The notes below the pieces were generated by a model. It had not been told where the DNA came from. It made no database searches and saw only the letters and a list, made by a program, of their open reading frames with translations. A DNA stretch of 62,973 bases, the filler included, from Reticulomyxa filosa (Eukaryota > Protista > Foraminifera): NCBI GenBank assembly GCA_000512085.1. It is 13 parts of 13 records of this genome, joined end to end, with 100 filler letters (N's around TTAATTAATTAA, not from the genome) between each part and the next. Parts side by side here need not be neighbours in the genome. Positions count along the whole stretch, not along the records: positions 45,091 to 61,160 come from ASPP01003158.1; positions 61,261 to 62,973 come from ASPP01000095.1; 11 more parts are not named here. One strand, written 5' to 3'. Shown here piece by piece: positions 54,475-62,973 of this stretch (position 1 is its first letter; each line of letters starts with the position of its first letter). The position numbers and the translations under genes were made by a program.

Positions 54475-54891
54475 GGAATATTTCGTCTGTTCTAGAACTT
54501 TAAGAAAAAATTACAGGTCAAAAAATATCATGAGTAGTCTGTTTTCTAGCGATAATTGGAATATATGGTATAGTGTCATAATCTTCGTCCACTTTTTGGA
54601 ATTTCATTGTAACACGCGTTATTCGAATTCATAAAAAATCTACGATATTTCAACATATTTTAGAGGGATTTTAGATTTTTTCGACAAAATACAAAATTAC
54701 ATTGAAATTCGTTACAAAAATGTTGGAGGCGACATATGCAATAATTGCGAAACTGGAATGTTCTCAAAAGTGATGTTATACCAATTATTTAGCACTTTTT
54801 GCGGAACTAGATCTACTTTTAAAATATTTCCTAACTAGACGATGGATCAACATTTTGCAATGAAGTATTACTGTTTTGCTAATTGCAAATA

Positions 54892-56799
54892 ATGAGCGAA
54901 AGTTATAACTGGGAAGACAGCGGCTTAGTGCAGTTTCGACCTTAAAATTTTCCTGCTCAAAAGCAGTGTTTATCAGAATGTTGGATCTTGATCCTTCTAA
55001 CGAAATAGAAGATCGTATTAAATTAGAATACGGTGATCTTTGTGCAATTTACTCAAACACGCACAAAAAGTGGGTGTTTGGACGTGTTTCAAATGTTATG
55101 GTTGGAGACGAAGGACGATTTTATGAGGTAAGACCATGAATTTGGAACACAATCAACTGATTCTATTGTTGATTGAAATTTGTTAAAAGATACACTATAG
55201 AATCAATGGAAATTTTATATCAAAAAAAGTTGGAGACGACGACAAATGTATTCGTCGTTATGATCCCTTTGATTCAGATATTGAACTCGAGATTATTTGT
55301 CCTTGTGGTACGCAAATGATTCGTCGTATCTTTGCAGAAGCTTATGGCCGATTAGGAGAAAAAGAAGAAAAAGATACTCCAGCAACAGGCACTTGTGATC
55401 ATTGTGGCAAAAGTTTGTCAGCAAAAGAAGTGGTTTACCATTGTCCCAAAGAGAAAACAGAAATTCATACAGGTGGTTATGACATTTGTATTCTTTGTAC
55501 AGTTACGTAAGTTAATAGATAAAGGAAATTTTATTTGGAGTCTTTTTTTTTTTGCAATTGTATACGTACTCAAAATTATCTTGAATGATTATTCACGGGA
55601 AATATCAAAAGGTAGGGAGCAAGCCAAAGAATTCCGTGGCTGCAAAAACGGATCAGGACAATAAAAAAAAAGAAGATACAGACCCAGACACGATAGCAGT
55701 TCAGTTGGGAAAAAAACCATTTGCAAGTGGAACTGCTCGTTACGCATACTTGGCACAATACACGACTCCAGAAAAAAAGGGCAAGCCATGTGTATTGAAA
55801 AGATATAAAAACTCTCATGAGTATATAGATGAAATGTATGATGGAGATATAAAATGTTGTAGATTAGCAGCAGAGCTGATCGACAAATGGAATAAACTTA
55901 ATCGCGTGCAAGAAAAATACAAAATCATTGTGCCAACAATTGCGAGAAAAGGTGATCAATTGATGGGGTTTTTACAGATGTTACTCCTCAGTTTGTTGCC
56001 CGAAGAAGAAAGAAAAAATCTAGATGAACAACTCGGCTTGGACAATCAAATCATGTTGGGAGAAGTGGTACTAATCGAAGATTTTTTGGTAGGAGATTTT
56101 GTGAAATGGAATAGTAATAGTGGATGGATTGATACAATGAAAAGTGACAAATCCATTCAAGCATTTTGTCATTGGACTTATCATCAAAGTGAAGGAAAAT
56201 ATTTATTTTGTGATGCACAAGTTATTCTTCAAAAAAAAAAAACAAATTGATACAATCATTACTTCAAATAAATAAAATAAAATGTGATGTGTCATTTGTT
56301 ATTTTTATAGGGAGTACGTCAAAAGGATGCTTATGTGTTAACTGATCCTTGCATTGTCAGTTTTGAAGGTGGAGCTTATGGAGTCACTGATATGGGGAAA
56401 GAGTATTTGTGGAATTGGTTTCGAAATCACAAGTGCAATTATTACTGCGAAAAAGACTGGATGAAACCAGATCCAAAAGACTTGGAAAAAGTGCCAACAG
56501 AAGTAAGGGGTTTGGGACGCGCTACATCTTATGTGCCGAAAATGAGTGGGCGTGCGCGAGCAATAAGTGAGGTGCATGATGATCGACCAAACCCGAATTT
56601 GCTACTTGCTGGCAGGAAGAGTATTGTTAGTAACAGTAAGACTAATCAGCATGAACAAGGTGAGCAACAGACCAACCAACAAAGGCAAGTTGCTAATGCG
56701 GACAAACAAGCGCTTGGGAAAAGTGTGGTATTGTCCAATCCTTCACTGGCTACCAAAAAACGGTCATTGTGGACGCGTGTATTTTCGAAAAAGACATAG
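54892..56799 (+). CDS. Alpha-kinase (eEF2K/MHCK family) with N-terminal SH3/Tudor-like and ZZ-like zinc-finger regions
   Basis: PFASGTARYAY, CVLKRYK, EDFLVGDFVKWNSNSG, QAFCHWTY, CDAQ|GV, LTDPCI, YGVTDMG and HKCNYYC are present. Upstream lies CPCG...CDHC...HC...H..GYDICILC. Confidence 0.92.
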
Positions 56800-57213
56800 A
56801 TTTATGCGATCTGTATGTTGTCAATTGTTGTAAAAGGCATCACGATCAGAAAAAAATTACGTTTGGGATGGTAAATTTTTTTACAAGTTGATGTTAAATT
56901 AAAAATCCTGCTGTCCTCAGTGAAAACATTTGTATATCATTATTAAAGTAAAAAGCAAAACAATACATTTTTTTTGAAATGTTGGCAAAGAAAATAAAGT
57001 AAATAATTTGCTACCAAGGAAAAGATTGAAGTCAGTTGTAATATTTTTTTTATTACTTTTTTGAATCTGCAAAAGAGTCACAAACTCTCTTTTATCTCAC
57101 TAAGAAAAAATACACGATTAGCCTGATTCAATATTAGATAGGAATAATATTCAACAAACAATAACGTAAATAAGATGTTTTTTTTCCTGCATTCGTTTGT
57201 ATTGAGATTTTAA

Positions 57214-59388
57214 TTACAGTTTAGCTTGTGTAGACTTGTTTGCAGAAGGTAAGACATATTTTTGTTCTTGCAATATCTTTCTGACAACCTTTTTATCAAT
57301 TTTGAGTGTCGATGTCAAAGGCACTTCTTTCCAAATCAACAAATCGTCAGGTAATTGAAATTTGGCGTAATGTTGAGCTAAAAGAGTAAGTACATCTGCG
57401 TGTGTAAGTTGGTGTCCATCATGCAATTGAGCCACAACAATAGGTCTTTCTCCCCAATGATCATGTGGCACACCGATCACACACGCTCTACTTACAGCAG
57501 GCAAACTCATCACCAAATTTTCCATTCCAATACTTTCGATCCACTCACCACCAGATTTGATCATATCTTTGCTGCGATCGCGTATTATTAGTTGCGCTTT
57601 GTCAGTGAACGATGCAACGTCTCCTGTGATCAGCCACTCGCCTTTAAATTTCGTCTCTGCAGGATTTTGAAAATACTCTTTTGTGACTGATGGCCCTCTA
57701 GACAATTTAAACATTTTTTTTTTTTGAGAGAGAATGAGGTACGTACTCAAAAAAAAATAAATAAAGTACTTTTTTACATGAACATACCTCACAAGTAGTT
57801 CACCTTTTTGCTTCCCATCCCAAGATAAAACATTGTTCATATTCTCACTATCGACAATCTTTGCTTCGACTCCTGGTACTAAAAGTCCAGGTTTTTGTTG
57901 GTTTTGATTTTGTGTCGGTGGAATGTGTAAATCCAATCGGCGAGCATGTCTGCGACCAATAGTCCCCAAAGGACTCATTTCGGTCATCCCCCAAATTTGG
58001 ATTAATTCTATATTCCACGTGTCATGAAACCATTGAATCATCTCTCCTGGTGGCGCACTGAACATATGTTATTCATTTGCTTTGTGTTTTCAAAAAAAAA
58101 AAAAAATCATTTGAATCAAAGACCAGCTCTCTTTCTTCCTACATCTCAACTGACCTGCCTCCACATAAAAAGCGTGTCAATTGTCCTTTAAGAGTTTTAT
58201 ATTTGGAAGGGAAGGAAGTTAATTCCTGGCGAATGCCTTGAACAACAGTAGGCACACCTAATAGCAAGGTGACTTTTTCGTCGAGACACATTTGCAACAT
58301 CTCCGCGGGGGTTCGCACTTCATCATGTAACAATACCTTGAACCCTAGTGTCATTGCGGCAAACGGGATTCCCCAGGCATTCGCATGGAACCTGTTAATC
58401 CCCCCCCCCCCTCCTTTCATGGACTACACAAACAATAGAAACACATAGTTTATAGCCTACATTGGCACAATTGGAAATACACAGTCCAAGCCGGACAAGT
58501 GCATGATATCGGTTCCGATCAGCGTCAAAGTGTGCAAGAAGGTGGATCGATGAGAGTACAGCACTCCTTTGGGATCTCCGGTTGTGCCTACAAAAAAAAT
58601 GCGCAAAATTTCAAATGCAAATTTTTTTTTTTTTTTAAGTAATTAAAAAAAAAAAAAAATTACATTTGTATTGACTTAACCACTTGTATAACACAAGCCA
58701 CAACCGGTTCGTTCATCCAAGTTGGGCCAATTGAAATGCTCTTTGCCCAGACTTTCCAGTTCATTAAGACTTATCACATTATCAAATTTGGTTTTCCAAT
58801 TCTGGCTCTATTGTTGGCGTATTTGATGCTTGTGGTATGATACACATACAACATACACACACATACTTTTTCTTTCTTTTTTTTTTTTTTTTTTTTTTTA
58901 ATTTGATAATGCAAATGCAAACTGAGATGTCACCACAGACGATTAATTTTTTTGACGCTTTGTAGACTCTCAGATGGCAGACTCTCCAAGATTGGAAAGA
59001 GACTCAGGTCAGTGAAAATGACTTGGTCTTTGGCATGACGAATAATGTACGAAAGCTCAGATGGATGCAGGCGGTGGTTCAACGTGTGCAGAACTGCGCC
59101 CATTGATGGCACTGCATAAAATAAAAGAAAATGATTCCCATTGTTCCACATCAACGAACCTATCCTTTCTCCTGGTCTTATTTTTAATTCATTGTGCAAT
59201 GCACTTGCTATTCTTGTTGCTCTTTTTTGCACTTCTTCATATGTCATACGGTGGTAGCCTTTCTCCGTTTTTGTTATTACTTCACTCTTCGGTTGAATTT
59301 TTGGTGCACGATCCATCAAGTTGCGCACATTCATTTGCCATTCATCATTCATCGTTGACCGAATACCTAATACTTTTTCACTGGACAT
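57214..59388 (-). CDS. Medium/long-chain acyl-CoA ligase (AlkK/DmdB-like ANL family), multi-exon, C-terminal PTS1 -AKL
   Basis: GAVLHTLNHRL, CYTS|GTTGDPKGVLYSHRS, FHANAWGIP, WGMTE, TGDVA, DRSKDMIKSGGEWI and WGERP are present. The protein ends QAKL*. Confidence 0.92.
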
Positions 59389-59796
59389 GATGTGTTACTA
59401 CTATTGCTACTTTGAGAAAGGAAACATAAACGAGGTGAACGTCTAAGACATTCACACTTAACAGACAGCTTTTTATATTTTTATTTCTTGACATGTTTGC
59501 AGAATAATAAAACTGCTACATGCACTTAATTTATGGCTGTTTAGTACAAACTTGGACATTTTTATGTGAAACAAATGCCTGTTTCTGATTTTTTGATAAT
59601 AAATAAGATAGATTGACGATTATAACAAAGTTTTTTAATACAATAAAAATATCTTCGTTTTGAGAGTCCCAAAACTTGTGATGGAAATAATTTATGAAAC
59701 AAAAATAAGGCTGCACAAGCATATAAAAAAGTACTAGTACCATCAACACATTTTCTTTTATGAAATTGTGAAATTGCACAAAATTCACTTTTTTTT

Positions 59797-61160
59797 TTAC
59801 CCAAATATGCGTTTCCATATCGATTTTTTTTGGTAAGCACTGGAGGATTGGTCGACACCTGGCTTTTCCCAACAGAATGCTCAACTTTATCAACTTTTGG
59901 GGTTGCTTTCGTTTTACTGGTTTCTTCAATAGTGCAGAGCACTGGACCTGACTTTAGCTGATCGTCCTGCACTTTGCTCATTTCTGGTACATAAGATGTA
60001 GCGTGTCCCAACTTCCTCACTTCTTCTGGTACTTTTTCCAAGTCTTTTGGGTCTGGTTTCATCCAGTCTTTTTCGCAGTAGTCATTGCACTTGTGATTTC
60101 GAAACCAATTCCACAAATACTCTTTCCCCATGTCAGTAATTCCATAAATTCTACCTTCAAGACTGACAATGCAAGGATCAGTTAACACATAAGCATCCTT
60201 TTGACGTACTCCCTATAAAAAAATAACAAATGACACATAACATTTTATTTTGTTTATTTGAAGTAATAATGATTGTATCAATTTATTTTTTTGAAGAATA
60301 ACTTGTGCATCACAAAATAAATATTTTCCTTCACTTTGATGATAAGTCCAATGACAAAATGCTTGAATGGATTTGTTGCTTTTCATTGTATCAATCCATC
60401 CACTATTACTGTTCCATTTCACGAAATCTCCTACCAAAAAATCTTCAACAAGTACTGTTTCTCCCAACATGATTTGCTTGCCCAAGCCGAGCTTCTCATC
60501 TATTTTTTTTCTTTCTTCTTCGGGCAACAAACCAAGGAGTAACATCTGTAATAAACCCATCAATGGATCACCTCTTCTTGCAACTATTGGCACAATGATT
60601 TTGTACTTTTCTTCCACACGATCAAGGTTATTCCATTGATCGATCAACTTTGCTGCTAATTCATAACATTTTACATCTCCAGCATACAATTCATCTGTGT
60701 ATTGATGAGAGTTTTTATATCTTTTCAATAACATGGCTTGCCCTTTTTTTCTGGGATTACGTATCGTGCTAAGTATGCGTAACGGGCAGACCCGCTTGCA
60801 AATGGTTCACTCCCCAACTGAATTGCTAATCTGCCAGTGTTTTCTTTTTTGTCATCACTGTCCTGACTTGCATTTACGTTCGTAGGTTTTTGTTGATTAA
60901 TCCCTGCCTTTCAATGTTTTTTAAAAATGACTAACTCAAAAAAAAAAAAAAAGACTATGTACGTATACAAACAAAAAAATAAGCTCCAAAAAATTCATAA
61001 CTGCACAAGGAATACAAAGGTCATAACCATTCATGTGAACTGTTATTTTTTCTTTGGGACAATGATAAATAACTTCTTCGGCAGACAAAATTTTGCAACA
61101 GAGATAACAAGCATCAGTCGGTGAAGATTCTTCCTTTGTCTCTTCTTCTTTTTTTTCTTC
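59797..61160 (-). pseudogene. Second alpha-kinase paralog, inverted, apparently disrupted
   Basis: The kinase exons and the intron are nearly identical to the 54892-56799 copy. A 1-bp deletion near 60730 (ccatgttattga vs ccatgtgtattga) gives KPCY*, and the upstream splice donor seems deleted. It is truncated by the contig end. Confidence 0.75.
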
Positions 61161-62973
61161 NNNNNNNNNNNNNNNNNNNNNNNNNNNNNNNNNNNNNNNN
61201 NNNNTTAATTAATTAANNNNNNNNNNNNNNNNNNNNNNNNNNNNNNNNNNNNNNNNNNNNAACCAATATCATAATTTAAAAACTACAAGTATTTGTAGAT
61301 TATTTTTTTAAAAAAAAAAAAATTAGGTCTAAATGTTGATTTTTCATGGAGAAAATCAATTATTATCATAGGATATCGTTTTAGGCGTTCAGTTTTCTTT
61401 GCAACTTACTGTATTTGATAAAAAATAAGATTATACCAAATATCAGTTGATATTAAATATATTTATATAAATACTAGTTTGCTTGAATATGTTTTCAACT
61501 AGTAATGATAAAATCACTATTAAGTCAGAAAGCAAGAATAACTTTTAAAAAAAGGGAGGTGTAGTGAAAAAAAATCAGACAGTGATTGATACTAATAAGT
61601 AAAAAAAAAATCAAAACATCATTATAATAATCTGACTTAAACTAAGCCAGTTGACCGGTGAGTTTTTAAAGACAGTATATATTGGCACTGAAAGTATACA
61701 TATTAACGTATGACGTGTCAATATCGAAAAAGATATAGATTGAACGACAAAATGAAAAATCAGTATGATATTAGAAAAAAGTCTGTTTCGATGCATAATA
61801 CAAAGACCAAAAACTAGAAACTGCAAATAATGCGATAAACAGAAAGAGATTATATGCTGATACAAAAGGAAATTTAACAATGCATATAAACAAAAGATCA
61901 CTAGAACAAGTGTATAAACTAGAGTATTCTCATCACAAGGTAGCAAGCACGAATAAATATAATATGTAATATTATATTGTATTAATTTTATTGATTTAGT
62001 TTAAATTTTTTCAAACTTCAATTAAATTTTCATTATTTGTGAAGGCAAAATATGCAAGGTTTGACTACATCATGATGAAGATAGTCATTGGCATAATATA
62101 TTTACACGTGTTTCAATCATAAATGTGACGCACCTTGAAATTTTGTTCTTATCAATATTTGTTTTACAATTTATTGAAATAAAAAAAAAATTTTAATTTA
62201 ACAAAATACAAGAAAAAAATATTTGTAATATTGTGGTTTGGCAAGTGTTATTCTTTTTTTAAAGTGCACTATACACTCATTGGATGATGCACGCTAACTT
62301 GTTTGCAAGCTTAGCGCTCATATAATACTTGCACAAAAAAAAGTGTTAATATGTCAAATGGAGTCATGACTACAATATTTCGTCTTTTTTAATTTAATTA
62401 AACAAAATAGTTTTCACTTTTCTTAAAACTCACTTTCCTGCTCCAGATTTTCTGCATTAACTATAAATTTTTTTATTAAAATAAAATAAAAATGTTACAA
62501 ATATTTTTAGAAAGCTCAGGACAGAAGTTGTAAGTGTAATACGACAGATACTTTATTGAGAGCAGTTTCCAATAACATAAAAATGAGTTAAATAAAGAAT
62601 AATTAACAACAAGAAACTAAAGAAAGCAACAAAAGAAGTGAAAAGAGTTGTGAAGGAGTTTAACTTACTGGGACTCCTTATGCCCTTTAGAGTTCGGCTA
62701 TCTACAATAGGGCTTGCCCTACATGCCCTTGATCATGTAAATCTCGTAATGTTGCAACGTGTGAAGGTTGAAGTATTGTTGAATATATTAAATGATATTA
62801 TACTTTGCATTTGAGAATCTTTATGATTTATTTTCCACCGTTTCACAGATTTATAAGTCTGCAACAGCAGGAGAAAAAAACAGACACAATTGTGAAAAAT
62901 TGAAACAAAGATGTACGCAATATGTTTGATTATTAATGTGCGTCTTGGAGCAAAAACAGTTTTTTTAAATTAA

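Noticed and set aside
7761-61260. TTAATTAATTAA palindrome recurring twelve times, as a possible biological repeat or recombination site
   Set aside because: It always sits in the centre of exactly 88 Ns, so it is an artificial six-frame-stop linker.
61261-62973. Hydrophobic 111-aa ORF at 61611-61946 and the rest of the last contig
   Set aside because: The composition is what AT-rich non-coding DNA would give, and it has no motifs.
1-62973. CRISPR arrays, rRNA, tRNA, prokaryotic operons or defence systems
   Set aside because: None were seen. The sequence is intron-containing eukaryotic DNA and its repeats are simple microsatellites without spacers.

Overview
This is eukaryotic (protist) draft-genome sequence, not a contiguous locus. 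Thirteen contigs are joined by twelve identical artificial 100-bp linkers (44 N + TTAATTAATTAA + 44 N), so adjacency across a linker carries no biological meaning. Several features point to a foraminiferan such as Reticulomyxa filosa (inference, not a database match): AT-rich DNA, short GT-AG introns full of poly-A/T and (TA)n, poly-Asn and dipeptide repeats, homopolymer frameshifts, and Kelch and TRAF-zinc-finger/WD40 pseudogenes. Recognisable genes: FCP1-type RNA polymerase II CTD phosphatase, SPO11/TopoVIA, GCP3 and probable GCP5 fragments, PIG-C/GPI2, a secreted LigB/MEMO-fold protein, a Kelch + mucin-stalk membrane protein, a very divergent EF-1alpha-family GTPase, a PAM2-motif protein, TRM7/FTSJ1, a Nup43-like WD40 protein, and two recently duplicated alpha-kinases in inverted orientation around a bacterial-type acyl-CoA ligase ending in -AKL. 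A decayed Tc1/mariner transposase, missed by the ORF track, shows a strong G>T/C>A transversion pattern. I found no convincing multi-gene novel system. The best leads are that mutational signature, the EF-1alpha-like pseudo-GTPase and a possibly membrane-anchored TRM7. Exon boundaries were read by eye and are approximate.
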